Origin: an uncultured cyanobacterium
Lineage (GTDB): Bacteria > Cyanobacteriota > Cyanobacteriia > Cyanobacteriales > CAWUOF01
Direction of reading: 5' to 3'
Assembly (NCBI GenBank): GCA_963744145.1
Contig: CAVUSO010000001.1
Coordinates: forward strand, 608,001-672,000
DNA length: 64,000 bases
This document shows positions 43,878-56,038 of this stretch, one piece after another; within the stretch, counting starts at the first letter, position 1, and each line of letters starts with the position of its first letter. Position numbers and translations under genes: made by a program. The notes under the pieces were generated by a model. That model made no database searches. It was not told where the DNA came from and saw nothing but the letters and a program-made list of their open reading frames with translations.

Positions 43878-44606
43878 ATGCTGGATCAATTTACTGATTT
43901 TTACCCCAGTCTAGGGATGGATGCTCTATTCCTACTGGTCATTTTAGTGGCTTTAGAAGCAGTTCTATCTGCTGATAATGCGATCGCTTTGGCTTCGATT
44001 GCCCAAGGTCTAGAAGATGAGAAACTCCAGCGTCAAGCCCTAAATCTGGGTTTGCTGGTAGCTTTTGGACTACGAATTACTTTGATTTTGGCTGCTACCT
44101 GGGTGATCCAGTTCTGGCAGTTTGAGCTATTAGGGGCACTCTATTTGTTATGGTTGGTATTCCAACACTTTAAATCTAATCCAGGTGCCGATGGAGAACA
44201 TCACGGGCCACGCTTTACGTCCCTGTGGCAAGCAATTCCTCTGATTGCGTTGACAGATTTGGCCTTTTCTCTGGATAGTGTAACTACAGCGATCGCCATT
44301 TCTGACAAAACCTGGCTAATTTTAACAGGGGCAGGAATTGGCATTATTACGCTCCGGTTTATGGCTGGGTTATTTATCCGTTGGTTAGATGAATACCTAC
44401 ATTTGGCCGATGCTGGCTATATTACAGTTGGTTTCGTGGGAATGCGATTGCTCCTCCGGGTAATTGCCCCGGAACAAGTGCCCCCAGAATGGCTGATGAT
44501 CGCTGCGATCGGTTTATTATTTGTCTGGGGATTTTCCAAACGTACTCCTCCTAAAGCTAATGAGAATAATGACTCACCCGAGCCAATGAGCGATCAAAAA
44601 TCATGA
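43878..44606 (+). CDS. TerC-family membrane protein
   Basis: LEAVLSADNA, DLAFSLDSV. Confidence 0.92.
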   Translation: MLDQFTDFYPSLGMDALFLLVILVALEAVLSADNAIALASIAQGLEDEKLQRQALNLGLLVAFGLRITLILAATWVIQFWQFELLGALYLLWLVFQHFKSNPGADGEHHGPRFTSLWQAIPLIALTDLAFSLDSVTTAIAISDKTWLILTGAGIGIITLRFMAGLFIRWLDEYLHLADAGYITVGFVGMRLLLRVIAPEQVPPEWLMIAAIGLLFVWGFSKRTPPKANENNDSPEPMSDQKS

Positions 44607-44615
44607 GTTGAGATT

Positions 44616-44643
44616 GAACTTTTTTGCTCTCCCTTTGGTCTAA
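44616..44643 (+). promoter_or_regulatory. Putative ECF-sigma promoter (autoregulatory)
   Basis: GAACTT-N16-GTCTAA upstream of the sigma gene; same boxes and spacing at 46399. Confidence 0.7.
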
Positions 44644-44684
44644 ATAATCAGCAATGACAAATCGGTCAGGGAGAGCCTCAAAAA

Positions 44685-45299
44685 GTGTTAACGGTGTCAG
44701 CTGATTTATCTATAAATGACCATTCCCAGCACCAACCAGATTACTCCGACTCGGCTTTGGTGCAACAGTGTTTAAAAGGCGATCGGCAAAGTTTTCGTCA
44801 CCTTTATCGCCGTTATCAGTCTAAAGTTAGATCTACTCTGTACCAGTTATGCGGAATCTCGGCTTTAGATGACCTAGTCCAAGAAGTATTTTTGCGAGTT
44901 TGGAAAGGTTTGCCCAATTTACGGGAAACCGGGAAATTTTCCACCTGGATTTATCGAATTACTTGGAATGTAGCCACAGACAAAAGACGAGAGTTTGCTC
45001 AACAGCGTTTTCAACTAGAAACCCTTTATAGTAAAGACGCGATCGCACAGGTTTCTCATCTTTCCCAGGTCACAGATTTTGACCTGATGTATTTGCATTA
45101 TCAAGATTTAGTTCAGCGAGGACTAGCTCATCTCAGTTTAGAGCATCGTAGTGTTCTAGTTTTACACGATTTAGAAGAAGTTCCCCAAAAAGAGGTAGCC
45201 GAAATTTTGAGTATTCCTGTTGGTACGGTCAAATCTCGGTTGTTTCGGGCTCGTGCTGCGCTGCGAGAATTTCTTCAGCAGGAAGGGGTACAACTTTAA
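44685..45299 (+). CDS. ECF RNA polymerase sigma-70 factor
   Basis: DDLVQEVF, FSTWIYRI, EVAEILSIPVGTVKSRLFRAR. Confidence 0.95.
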   Translation: MLTVSADLSINDHSQHQPDYSDSALVQQCLKGDRQSFRHLYRRYQSKVRSTLYQLCGISALDDLVQEVFLRVWKGLPNLRETGKFSTWIYRITWNVATDKRREFAQQRFQLETLYSKDAIAQVSHLSQVTDFDLMYLHYQDLVQRGLAHLSLEHRSVLVLHDLEEVPQKEVAEILSIPVGTVKSRLFRARAALREFLQQEGVQL

Positions 45300-45438
45300 T
45301 GAAGTGGAAATGTTAAATTTGGTGTTTGGGTTGAATTTTTAACGAATTTGATTTAAGATATTCTATTTTAATTGCCACTACAGTTCCTTTGGAGTTAAGG
45401 CTACTACAGATCAACAAGGTATTCAGGAGGTTTAACAG

Positions 45439-45846
45439 GTGACTAAGTTTTCTAACGATGATGAACCTTTAGTTGAGTTTTTGCAAAAGCATCGTCCCCA
45501 TATTCCAGAGGGAAAAGCTGATTTAGAAGCGCAAATTATGGCTGTAATTAGTAATTCGGAAACTATCTTACAGCTAAATCAGTCAAATCGATTTATGCAG
45601 AACGTGGGAAGAGGTTTTCATTGGTGGTTGTGGTTTATCCCCGCAGCGATCGCGGCGGTTGTCCTGATGACTTGGGGAGGACAGCGTTACTTAAGTGCAT
45701 CTAAACCTAATCCAGCTCAATTAGCAAGTTTAGAAGCTTTCATAGAAAGCAACTGGGATGGTTCCGGAGTTGATACTGAACCAATGGATAATGATTCTGA
45801 CTCGACCGTTCCTTCCCCATTCCAAATCCGTCATTTGCAGAGGTGA
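45439..45846 (+). CDS. Putative single-TM anti-sigma factor
   Basis: Follows the ECF sigma; L..FL..HRP...LE.QIM N-terminus, one TM helix. Confidence 0.6.
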   Translation: MTKFSNDDEPLVEFLQKHRPHIPEGKADLEAQIMAVISNSETILQLNQSNRFMQNVGRGFHWWLWFIPAAIAAVVLMTWGGQRYLSASKPNPAQLASLEAFIESNWDGSGVDTEPMDNDSDSTVPSPFQIRHLQR

Positions 45847-46364
45847 GTTTCATGTATTTGCGGAGATTTTCGATTTTAGTAGTTGTGGTATTAGCAATTG
45901 CTAATTCTTCGGTTGCGAGCGCAACCCAAATCAATAAACCAGATAATATTATCCCACCAACAACTTTGAAATCGTCAGATTTCCAACTAGAAATTTCTCA
46001 GATTATTGCTGATGAAAGTACCAGTCGTACTCATCCTCAATGGATTCAAAAACTAAATCTGACGGAAGAGCAAACCCAGAGAATGCAGGAGATCCAGAAC
46101 CAATACAAAGGTCAAATTGCTGAAAAACAAAATTCATTTCATCGCGCACAGCAAGAGTTACGAGAAATGATTGCTAGTTCGGCTTCACCGACCCAAATTC
46201 GCGCCAAACATCGGGAAGTGCAATTGTTAAAGGATCAGCTAGAACGATTACATCTAGAAAGTATAATTGCGATTCGAGAAGTCTTAACTCCTGAGCAACG
46301 TCGTCAATTCGATCAAATTATGGAAGAACGTCGAGAAAATGCCCACTCTAAAGCAGGACAGTAA
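45843..46364 (+). CDS. Spy/CpxP-family periplasmic chaperone
   Basis: Signal peptide, LNLTEEQ and VLTPEQR (LTxxQ) motifs. Confidence 0.88.
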   Translation: MSFMYLRRFSILVVVVLAIANSSVASATQINKPDNIIPPTTLKSSDFQLEISQIIADESTSRTHPQWIQKLNLTEEQTQRMQEIQNQYKGQIAEKQNSFHRAQQELREMIASSASPTQIRAKHREVQLLKDQLERLHLESIIAIREVLTPEQRRQFDQIMEERRENAHSKAGQ

Positions 46365-46398
46365 TAATATTTTATGAAAATTTTTAATCCTGGAATTG

Positions 46399-46426
46399 GA
46401 ACTTTTATTGACAGTGATGAGTCTAA
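46399..46426 (+). promoter_or_regulatory. Putative ECF-sigma promoter
   Basis: GAACTT-N16-GTCTAA upstream of the small secreted protein gene. Confidence 0.7.
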
Positions 46427-46501
46427 AGTTATAGGATAAATACATATCCAGGGAAATGTAGTAGCTGATTCAGTAATTCTAATTTTGAGGTCAAAATAAT
46501 C

Positions 46502-46790
46502 ATGCGTTTGTCCAAAAATTTGATGATTCCTGTTGGTGTAATTAGCTTGGCTCTAGTAGCTGGTGCTGCTGCTATTTCTCCTCTAGCTGCTCAACAAACT
46601 AAAGCGGAAACTAAGGCATATTCATGTCCAAATATGCTAGGAGCAAGAAACTTATTACTTCAAGCTCGCATTCGATTACAAGATGCGTCCCATGATTTCG
46701 ATGGTCATCGGACAGGCGGCGTTAGACCATGTTAACCACGCTATTGAGGAAGCAAACGCAGCTTTGAAAACAGACGATTGTAAAAGATAG
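46502..46790 (+). CDS. Small secreted helical protein with HDFDGHR motif; apparent frameshift at ~46711
   Basis: Signal peptide; after HDFDGHR the shifted frame reads QAALDHVNHAIEEANAALKTDDCKR*. Confidence 0.6.
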
Positions 46791-47032
46791 CCCTAATCAA
46801 AAGGTAAGTCTTTTAGATATTTTCTGTTACAGATAATTTGTCAGTGTTTTTATCCCATACCTTGATGGTATGGGTGTTAGTACCTAAGAGATCACTAAGT
46901 CCGATCGCAATACTTCGAGGTCTATCCCCCTAAAAAAAAGAAATAACTTACTCCCTTGATCAGAGGTGCTAGGGGTGATCAAAACTATAAAGCATTTTAC
47001 CTTTAACTAGGGCACCTAACCAGGTTAATTTT

Positions 47033-48545
47033 ATGAATTTAACTCAAAAAATTTCCTTAGTTTCAATATTATTAGGCATAGGTCTCCTGGGTTCAGTCAA
47101 AGTTGCTAAATCCTCCATTGATGCCCAAATACCAATTGTCATTAATCGTCTTACTTTTGGAGCTAAACCAGGGGAAATAGAAAAAATTCAATCCCTGGGA
47201 GTAGAACAATATATCCAGCAGCAACTTTCACCAGAGTCTATTCCAGAATCAGAAGAACTAAATCAACAACTGAATGCTTTACCAACCTTGCACAAAACTC
47301 CCGTAGAAATTTTTAAAGAATATAGTATCCAAGCATCGAAAAAAAATGGAACCGCAAGTCAGGAAGATAAAAAAGCAGCCCGTGAACGGATGAATCTTCC
47401 CACCAAAGAAGCGATTCAAGCCAGATTTTTGCGGAATCTGGAAAGTAACAGACAGTTACAAGAAATCATGGTTGACTTTTGGTATAACCATTTTAATGTT
47501 TTTTCTGGTAAAGGGTTAGATGTTCTCTGGGTAGGAGCTTATGAAGAACAAGCAATCAGACCCTATGCTTTGGGAAAATTTCGGGATTTATTAGGTGCTA
47601 CAGCCCATCATCCAGCGATGTTATTTTATTTAGATAATTGGCAAAATGTTGCTCCTAATAATAAAAAACAACCAAGGGGAGGTAAGTTACAGGGATTAAA
47701 TGAAAATTATGCTCGTGAATTAATGGAATTACACACTTTAGGTGTAGATGGTGGTTATAATCAATCAGATGTAATTGCATTAGCTCGGATTTTGACTGGT
47801 TGGGGATTAAGACCTGGTCAGCAGGCTAATGATAGTGATGGCTTTTATTTTAATGCTAAACAGCACGATTTTAGTGACAAAGTGTTTTTGGGTAAAACGA
47901 TTAAAGGAGCAGGAATTTCTGAAGGAGAAGCAGCTTTAGATATTTTAGCTCGACATCCGGCTACTGCTCATCACATTAGTTATCAATTAGCCCAGTATTT
48001 TGTTGCGGATCAACCACCCAAGTCTTTAGTAGATACTTTAACGAAAAAGTTTTTAGAGACAGATGGGGATATTCGTGAGGTGTTAAATACCTTGTTCCAC
48101 AGTCAGGAATTTTGGGATACAAAAACCTACAATGCTAAGTTTAAAACCCCCTTACAATATATTATTTCTTCTGTGAGAGCAACGGATTTAAAGGTTAATA
48201 ACTTTCGACCGCTTTATGGATTTTTAGACCAGTTAGGAATGCCATTATATGGTTGTCAAACACCTGATGGTTATAAAAATACTCAGGATGCTTGGCTCAA
48301 TCCCGACGCAATGACAAGACGTTCTGAGTTTTGCGACCGGATTAGCGAGCGGTCGGATGCCATTATGGATTGAAAATCCTGAGAATAATGGACGTCCTGT
48401 CCCTCAAAAACCTGTAGATTATAACCAGTTATCTAATACTTTAGGTAATAATTTTTCAACCAAAACCAATCAAACGATCGCTTCAAGTCCTGTCCAACTG
48501 CGATCGGCTTTGATTTTAGGTAGTCCGGAATTTATGTACAAGTAA
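47033..48545 (+). CDS. DUF1800-family protein; apparent +1 frameshift at ~48322
   Basis: RLTFG, FWYNHFNV, HPAMLFYLDN, NENYARELMELHTLG; removing one T gives RRLSFATGLASGRMPLW...LGSPEFMYK. Confidence 0.88.
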
Positions 48546-48595
48546 GTGGAAGTGATCAAATATCCCGATTAACTAACAAACTAGGAATCATCATT

Positions 48596-49822
48596 ATGAA
48601 AAGACGCAAATTTTTACTCCAAGCAGGATTATTTTCAACCGGATTCCTCATTCCGATCGGTGTGCGTGGTTGGGCTACAACTGGATTAGCGATGGGAAGT
48701 AATCCTAAACGTTTAATTGTCATCTTTTTACGTGGAGCTGTCGATGGATTAAATGTGGTGATTCCCTATCAAGAAGCAGCTTATTACCAAACTCGACCAA
48801 GAATTGCGATTCCACATCCGGGTCAACCGGGAGGAGCGATCGATTTAGATGGAAGTTTTGGATTACATCCAGCTCTATCTCCCCTAATGTCTGCTTGGAA
48901 ACAAGGTAATTTAGCTTTTGTCCATGCTTGTGGTTCACCTGATCCGACTCGTTCTCACTTTGATGCTCAGGACTATATGGAAAGTGGTACTCCTGGGGTG
49001 AAATCAACTAAAGATGGGTGGATGAATCGTTTATTAGGAAATTTACCAGGGCGATCGCCTGTTCAAGCAGTTAATTTAGGGGATACTACTCCGCGTATAT
49101 TAACAGGAAGAATGGCTGTGGCTAGTTTACCATTAGGTAAAGCCGGAGCTAATCCGTTACCATTAGATCGACCAAAAGTTGGTGCTGCCTTTGATCGTCT
49201 TTATAGTGGTAATGATCAGATTAGTACAGTATACCATGAAGGAAGGATGGCACGTCAGACTCTCTTGAGTGATTTAGACGCAGAAATGAAAGCTGCTAAT
49301 CATGGTGCCCCTCTACCTAATGGTTTTCCTGCTGATGCTCAACGACTCGGAAAATTAATGGCTAGAGATCCTAGTATTCAACTGGCTTTTTTAGCCTTGG
49401 GTGGTTGGGATACTCATGTGAATGAAGGTGGTACTCAAGGACAATTAGCCGGACGGTTGTCGAATTTGGGACAAGGTTTAGATACTTTAGCTAAATCATT
49501 AGGTCCAGTTTATCAGAATACGGCGATCGTCGTCATGTCCGAATTTGGGCGTACTGTCCATGAAAATGGTGATGGTGGTACGGATCATGGTCATGGAAAC
49601 GTCATGTGGGTTTTAGGTGGTGGAATTAAAGGGGGTCAAATTTATGGCCAATGGCCAGGTTTAGGGGACTCTCAACTTTATCAGAAACGGGATTTAGCCG
49701 TAACTACCGATTTTCGCGATGTAATTGCTAGTTTGTTAGCAGGACATTTGCAGTTGGAGCCGGAAAAAATTAGTAAGATTTTTCCTAATTATGCCATTAA
49801 TCAAAAAATTCAGCTAGTTTAG
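48596..49822 (+). CDS. DUF1501-family Tat-exported protein
   Basis: MKRRKFL, LRGAVDGL, RSHFDAQ, GGWDTH, SEFGRT, GTDHG. Confidence 0.92.
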   Translation: MKRRKFLLQAGLFSTGFLIPIGVRGWATTGLAMGSNPKRLIVIFLRGAVDGLNVVIPYQEAAYYQTRPRIAIPHPGQPGGAIDLDGSFGLHPALSPLMSAWKQGNLAFVHACGSPDPTRSHFDAQDYMESGTPGVKSTKDGWMNRLLGNLPGRSPVQAVNLGDTTPRILTGRMAVASLPLGKAGANPLPLDRPKVGAAFDRLYSGNDQISTVYHEGRMARQTLLSDLDAEMKAANHGAPLPNGFPADAQRLGKLMARDPSIQLAFLALGGWDTHVNEGGTQGQLAGRLSNLGQGLDTLAKSLGPVYQNTAIVVMSEFGRTVHENGDGGTDHGHGNVMWVLGGGIKGGQIYGQWPGLGDSQLYQKRDLAVTTDFRDVIASLLAGHLQLEPEKISKIFPNYAINQKIQLV

Positions 49823-49884
49823 GTTTTGAATTTTTGGATTGAGTAGAACTACAGCACCTCTATTTGGAGATTTTCTATTGCTTT

Positions 49885-50061
49885 ATGAACAAATTAATTA
49901 TCAGTATTGGTGCTTTTGTAGGTTCTACAATTGGAGGCTATATCCCCCTGATTTGGGGAGGAAGTTTGTTATCAGTTACATCCATATTTTTGGGGATGAT
50001 TGGTGGTATTTTGGGCATCGTGATCGGGTATGTTATTTCCAAACGGATGGGGTTTATTTAA
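49885..50061 (+). CDS. Small Gly-rich membrane protein
   Basis: MNKLIISIGAFVGSTIGGYIP, two hydrophobic segments. Confidence 0.55.
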   Translation: MNKLIISIGAFVGSTIGGYIPLIWGGSLLSVTSIFLGMIGGILGIVIGYVISKRMGFI

Positions 50062-50086
50062 TCTAGCTCCTCGCTCAAGATCAGAC

Positions 50087-51754
50087 TTATTTCCCTCCCG
50101 TTGATTCCCCCTCTTTTTTAAGTTTGACAAAAATATCATAGCGAGTGGTGCGATCGCTAGTCACTGCTAGGGTTAACCCCATCACATGGATTGAATTGAT
50201 CCAGTCTTTTTGATTAGGAGGTAATTGGAATAAACTATATTTACCGTTGTTAATCATCTGGTCAACATCAATGAAAAAGTTACCATTATTGGGATTAAGT
50301 TGATTAGGGACTGATGTTTGCCAGACTTTATTTGTCGTTAATGTGTCGGTCGGTTTGGGAACAATACTATTAGCTACTGGTCCGCCAATGGTTAAGTAAG
50401 CAATATTATGATCTAACCATCCATGAAAGAAATTTACGCCACCTTGCGGAGATGTCCAAGCGATCGCAGGTTGTTCGTTTAATTTAGTTTCAGTTACTTT
50501 AAATTTGTATTTAATCTTCATTACCTCATCTAGTTGACCGAGGAATTTTTCGGCTGCACGACGATTGTTGCTTTGCACCATCAATACCATTCCTAAGGGC
50601 AATTTTTCGGGACTATTGTCACTTCCAGGAATCAAAGATAAAGAAAATTCCCCAGCCATCCATGGGATGATATCCTGATCAATATCTGTACCTGTAGTAG
50701 ATGCAATTGCTTTTCTCAACCAATCAGGGCTAACTGTATTGAGTGGATTATAATTAGCATCTTGCTGATAATCTTGCCATAAGCGTTGTAAATTACCACC
50801 AGAAAGCATCATGAGGGTATTTGCTGGTAGAAGTGTGGGCATAATCTTGGCATTATTTTCCACGACCAAGGTTTTGGTACTATGGGGTTTGAGCCAAGAA
50901 ATACTCTTCCATAACAGCCCTTCCGGTTCTAATATTACTGTTGTGGCTAAACCCTGCCAATTTTGTTGAAATAATGCTAAGTTTTGTGGTGGTAGGGGTT
51001 GCACTGACTGCGCTGAAGCGATCGCCGCAGCAATTGGTAAGTTTAAGTATAATTTAGCCAGAGAAGAAGTAGAGTCTTGAATTTGACTGAAAGCATCCAT
51101 ATATCCCGGAGTAATTGCTAAAGATGCTCCTCCTTGAGCTGTATCAATTGTCCGTTCGATCACCTTGGGATCTTCGGTTACCACTAAATAAGGTCCATCC
51201 AGAACTGCGATCGCATAATTATGGTCAGGAAGTCCTTGAGTTTCTTTAATTGTGATCCCTTTATAGGTATGTTCCACCCATTTACCGGTGGAGAGAGGTT
51301 TAGGTTTTTCTAGGATCTGTTTAGCTAAACTAGGATTTTCGATCGGTAACACCACCAGAATGGAGTTTTGTCCCACTGGGACTTGATTGGTGTTAGCACT
51401 CGGAGGAGGTAATATGGCAATAGTTATTTCTTTACCTACCCAGGGTTTAATGTCTGTTTGGAAGTCGTAACCTTGAGCATTCAAAAAGCGATCGCGCCAT
51501 TCTCCGAATTTTTGCGCTAAACTCGCTTGTAGTTCTGGAGTCCCAAATTGTTGTAGTTTTTGCCATTGTTCTGGATTGGTAGAAACAGAAATAGTACCTA
51601 AAACATCCTGGGGAATAATACTAGCACCGACTTGGATATGGTCTAAACGTCCTTTTTGACTCAAAATCCAATAAATAAAAATCCCACCACTAATTAGTAA
51701 AATCGCAGCTCCGATGTTAATTAATCGGGATTTTTTCTTTTTTTCCAATATCAT
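50087..51754 (-). CDS. DUF3352-family protein
   Basis: N-terminal TM, two DI.PW..G.E repeats. Confidence 0.78.
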   Translation of the reverse strand: MILEKKKKSRLINIGAAILLISGGIFIYWILSQKGRLDHIQVGASIIPQDVLGTISVSTNPEQWQKLQQFGTPELQASLAQKFGEWRDRFLNAQGYDFQTDIKPWVGKEITIAILPPPSANTNQVPVGQNSILVVLPIENPSLAKQILEKPKPLSTGKWVEHTYKGITIKETQGLPDHNYAIAVLDGPYLVVTEDPKVIERTIDTAQGGASLAITPGYMDAFSQIQDSTSSLAKLYLNLPIAAAIASAQSVQPLPPQNLALFQQNWQGLATTVILEPEGLLWKSISWLKPHSTKTLVVENNAKIMPTLLPANTLMMLSGGNLQRLWQDYQQDANYNPLNTVSPDWLRKAIASTTGTDIDQDIIPWMAGEFSLSLIPGSDNSPEKLPLGMVLMVQSNNRRAAEKFLGQLDEVMKIKYKFKVTETKLNEQPAIAWTSPQGGVNFFHGWLDHNIAYLTIGGPVANSIVPKPTDTLTTNKVWQTSVPNQLNPNNGNFFIDVDQMINNGKYSLFQLPPNQKDWINSIHVMGLTLAVTSDRTTRYDIFVKLKKEGESTGGK

Positions 51755-52902
51755 GCACTTAACCTAATATCCTCTAATCGCTGATAAAGAGTATCCCGTT
51801 GTTGAGCGGGACGTCCCAAAGAATGAATTGCAGCTTGTAAACTTTCTGCTTCCATACAACTACCACCTTTTGCACCAGCCATGGTGGTAATATGTTCTTC
51901 CATTAACGTCCCACCCAGATCATTACAACCCCACTTCAATGCTTCTATTGCTCCAGCTAGACCAAGTTTAACCCAGCTCGGTTGATGATTAGGAATCCAA
52001 TTTCCTAAAAAAATTCTTGCTACTGCTGTAATTAAAAGTACATCTTGCAGAATTGGTTGATCTCGTCCCACTCGACGACGTAAGGGAGCAGGAGCCATTT
52101 CTCCGACAAAAGGTAATAAAATAAATTCGGTAATTCCCCGATTTCCTTGATTTTTGGCGATTTTTTGGAGCGATCGCAATTTCTCTAAATGTCCCATGAT
52201 TTGGATAGGAGTCTCAATATGTCCACAAAGCATGGTACTGGTGGTAGGGATTCCCTGTTGATGAGCGATTCCCACAATTTCTAACCAGGTGGCGCTATTA
52301 ATTTTTTCTGGACAAATAATTTTCCGCACAGCATCATCAAGAACCTCAGCTGCGGTTCCGGGAAGAGAATCGACACCTGCATTTTTTAGGGTCTGGATTA
52401 CTTCTTGATAACTTAGTTGATCTTCTCTAGCAATAAATTGGACTTCTTGGGGAGAAAAAGCATGGAGGTGTAACTGGGGAAATTGATCTTTAATGGAGCG
52501 GATTAATTTGACATAATAAGATAAGGAAGAACCATTAATTTTTGCTTTCTGATTTAATCCTCCTTGCATACAAATTTCTGTAGCTCTTCTCTTGACTGCA
52601 TCAGTAGCTTTGTCCAAAATTTGGGACCAATCTAGCCAAAATGCACCAATTTCACCCTCATCTCGTCGAAAAGCACAAAAACTACAGTGTTGTTCGCAGA
52701 TATTGGTAAAGTTAATATTCCGATTAATTACATAGGTGACAGTTTTTCCAACTTGGCGATCGCGAAGTTGATCTGCGGTTTCTTGAATGGCAATTATCTG
52801 ATTTGGTTCGGTTTGTTCGAGTAGCACTATTCCATCTACTGAGTTAATATCATCATTAGCTAGGGCGCGATTAAGGATATCTTCAACAATTTTACTTTTC
52901 AT
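51751..52902 (-). CDS. cofH: FO synthase subunit 2 (radical SAM)
   Basis: [37 protein letters not shown]. Confidence 0.93.
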   Translation of the reverse strand: MKSKIVEDILNRALANDDINSVDGIVLLEQTEPNQIIAIQETADQLRDRQVGKTVTYVINRNINFTNICEQHCSFCAFRRDEGEIGAFWLDWSQILDKATDAVKRRATEICMQGGLNQKAKINGSSLSYYVKLIRSIKDQFPQLHLHAFSPQEVQFIAREDQLSYQEVIQTLKNAGVDSLPGTAAEVLDDAVRKIICPEKINSATWLEIVGIAHQQGIPTTSTMLCGHIETPIQIMGHLEKLRSLQKIAKNQGNRGITEFILLPFVGEMAPAPLRRRVGRDQPILQDVLLITAVARIFLGNWIPNHQPSWVKLGLAGAIEALKWGCNDLGGTLMEEHITTMAGAKGGSCMEAESLQAAIHSLGRPAQQRDTLYQRLEDIRLSA

Positions 52903-52964
52903 GTTAACTCTGGGATCAACCTAATTTTTTGTTAATCCTAACACATCTAATTGCTACTCATCGG

Positions 52965-55356
52965 TTAAAAAATTGGTAATAATAAGGTTTTTTCAATTTC
53001 CTGACGCACTAATGGATTAATATCACCATCACTATAGAGACAATCTACTAGTAATTTATTCGCATCATAATATTGTTTAAGAATTTGCTTTTGTGATTGA
53101 TCAAATTGCCAATAATATTTTTTCTGAGTATGGATTCTCAACAGATTTTTTAATTGTTCAATCCAGTCTAAACCAGAGTTTTGCCACCAATGATTAATTA
53201 AATTTGCATCTCCTGAAAAATCAGGAACTTGCGCGTTTAGTTGGTTCAGCGATCGTTGTAATTCCAGTGCTTGGTCATCATCCAAAATTAAATTAAACTG
53301 AATTGCATAATCAATCGTTTGGGCTATAATGTTAATTCGACTCAGAGCTTTACTCAAGATCTGGTCAGGCATATTTTGGTCATAGTCACTCGGAAAATTA
53401 AAGTTAATTACACCTTGATTAACTGCAAAATCTCGATCAATAGTATAAGCTAGAGACAGATATAATGGCAAGGGAAAGTAAGCAAAATTGGGAAAGGGCA
53501 AATTAGCAGGACCAAGATTAAAGCTACTACTTAAGTGATGATCGATCGCGCGAACTAGAGAAAAGTAAAATGCTCGAAGTGCTGCTGGTTTAGCACTGAT
53601 TCCGCTAGTTTCAGCTTTCGAGTTAATCCAGATCAGTAACTGCTGTAATTTTTCATCTTCCTTAGCGATCGCATCAATATTTTCTTTCATTAATAACAGT
53701 AGTTCATCCGCTGGAATTAACATAGCTGTAGCTAGTAAAAATACCTCTCTCCAGCGGTTTTCAGTAACATGACTTGCCAATTTTTTGAGAGTGTTAATTC
53801 CCCCAGTAGTCATTTGTTTAGCTGTAAAATATTCCTGAAAAGTTAGATGAGAAAAAGAATAAATACGTCGCGCTCTTTCTACCATTAATCCATGCTGGGA
53901 TTCTAGGGATTTTAGCACTGCTTTACTTTCTATTTGCCATCCTACTGAGGTATTATTATAATTTTGTTTCTCTTGAAAATAGTCGGCAATTAATTTCTGA
54001 ATTTTTGTTTGCTCAAAGAAATATTCTCCCGCTTCAAAGGTATAAGCTGCTAAATAACTGAGTAATTGAATTTTATCTGCTTGAGATAAATCTTGATAAT
54101 AATCATCGCGCTCTATTCCTCTAGTTTTATCCCATTTTACTAATAAAATATCCAGTCCTTCTTCATAAAGTTTCACTCGTTGGGAGGGAAAATCAGTTTT
54201 TGCTCTAAATACTAAACAGGTTAAATTCAGTAATAAGGGAGTCACCGCTAATTCGCGAATTTGCTGGTTTTCTGGAACGTTTTAATTTTTCCATAAACTG
54301 AGATGCTTGTGCTAATCCTTCGGTCACCGATTGTCCAGCTACTGCCACAAACCATTTTTGGGCAAAATGTTCAATTTGTTCAATGGTAAAATCTGCTATT
54401 TCTACCTCAGTAAATCCAGTAAATCTGTATTCTTGGGCTGCAATCCGACAGGTGATAATAAATTTATTTTTGTGATATTTTTCCGAAAATTTGCGAATTT
54501 GTTTGATAATTTCTTCCTGATTTTTTTCGGTAACTTCATCTAGCCCATCTAATAAAATTAATCCTCTTCCTTGATTGAGGATGGTTTCAATGTCGCTTAA
54601 TTTTACGCCCGAATTCTCAAATTTTTGTTCGATATAGTTAAGAAAATTAAATTTTTCGCTCTGATCGCCATCTTCAGCAAAATCTTTAAGTATAATAAAA
54701 ATCGGTAATAAGTTAGGGACTAATTTACCTTGAATACATTCAATGGCGAGGTACTGTAAAAAAGTAGTTTTACCTGCTCCTGGTTTACCCAATACTTTTA
54801 ATTTGGGAAATTTCAAGAAAGCATTTAATGCCAATACTTCTTTTTGCAACACTTTCCCTAAACCAAAACGGTCAAATTCATCTTGCTCCGGATTGAAGGT
54901 TTGGCGCAGATCAGCTAGTTCGATCCAGCGATGACTAGAGATTTCTTCCAGAATGTTAACATGAACATAAAGATCATTAAGTTGAATTGGTTGAGCTACA
55001 TCTAATAAACGCAATGTGCCACACTGATCTTGGATCTGCGCTTGACACAGAGTCCGTAACTGTTTAACCAGACTGTCGATCTCAAGGTCGGTGTCCATGG
55101 CTGAAATTTTTAGTTCGGTTATATCATTATCCTTCGGTTGCTCGGCTATTTCTTCCCAATCAAGATCCAACTGAAAACAAATTTCGGTAAAAACTCGACG
55201 ATCAACCGGTTGACAGGCAAAAAAACGGCCAATTGCCTGACGAGTTTTTAGTCCCACTTCGTAGGCTAATTGTTCTTGAGTCCACGCTTTGCGATTAAAA
55301 GCCTTCCTCGCTTTCTGGATACCTTCTAGAGATGCCTGAAGCGATCGCTTGGCCAT
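52965..55356 (-). CDS. XRE-HTH + NACHT NTPase + helical C-terminus; apparent +1 frameshift at ~54277
   Basis: MAKRSL...WTQEQLA.EVG HTH, GKPGAGKTT, LILLDGLDE, ITCR; the shifted frame continues PENQQIRELAVTPLLL...FSHLTFQEYFTA. Confidence 0.85.
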
Positions 55357-55659
55357 TCCTCTTCTGCCTCCTTTTTTGATATAATAAGACAAATAATACA
55401 ATTTACACCGGATTAAAACGCTTAACCAAACTTGATCTAAATCATGCACCTGGCATAATTGTAATTATTACAACTAGACAGACGGCATCAATCATGCTGT
55501 ACCAAGTGGTCACTGACTTGATTAATTACGACAATGTCTGATAAAAACAGCAGTTAAGGCTAGCTGAGTATCTCAGCTAGTTCATCCTTTTTACTCTGAC
55601 ATTAATTAATCTGCCAATTATTCAGCAAAATTAAACTCTTGTAGTTACGGAGAAATATC

Positions 55660-55942
55660 ATGGCACAACATTTAAGACTCAATTTAAGTGGTGAACAACG
55701 TCTAGAATTGGAAAACGCTCGCGCTCAACATCAACGTCCTTATGTCCGCGAACGGGCTGCTGCCCTTGTTGAAAATTGCTGATGGTCTATCTGGTCGTCA
55801 TGTGGCCCTCTACGGGCTGCTCAAGCGTCGCAAGCCAGATACAGTTTATGATTGGGTACATCGTTATGTCAATCAAGGATTGAATGGATTGTTAGTCCAA
55901 CCAGGACGTGGTAGACGTCCACGTTATTCCCGCAAATCCTAA
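55660..55942 (+). CDS. IS630-type transposase N-terminal HTH only; apparent +1 frameshift at ~55763
   Basis: MAQHLRLNLS..QR.EL...RPYVRERAAA + LLKIADG...DTVYDWVHRY..GL.GL..PGRGRRP; no DDE ORF follows. Confidence 0.7.
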
Positions 55943-56038
55943 TTAAGTATAGGGGCAATTAATGCCCCTACTTTTTGATCAATCAAAAAACTGAGTAAAT
56001 GCAGCTAACCCGAAAAATTCCCAAATCGGGGAATGTAG

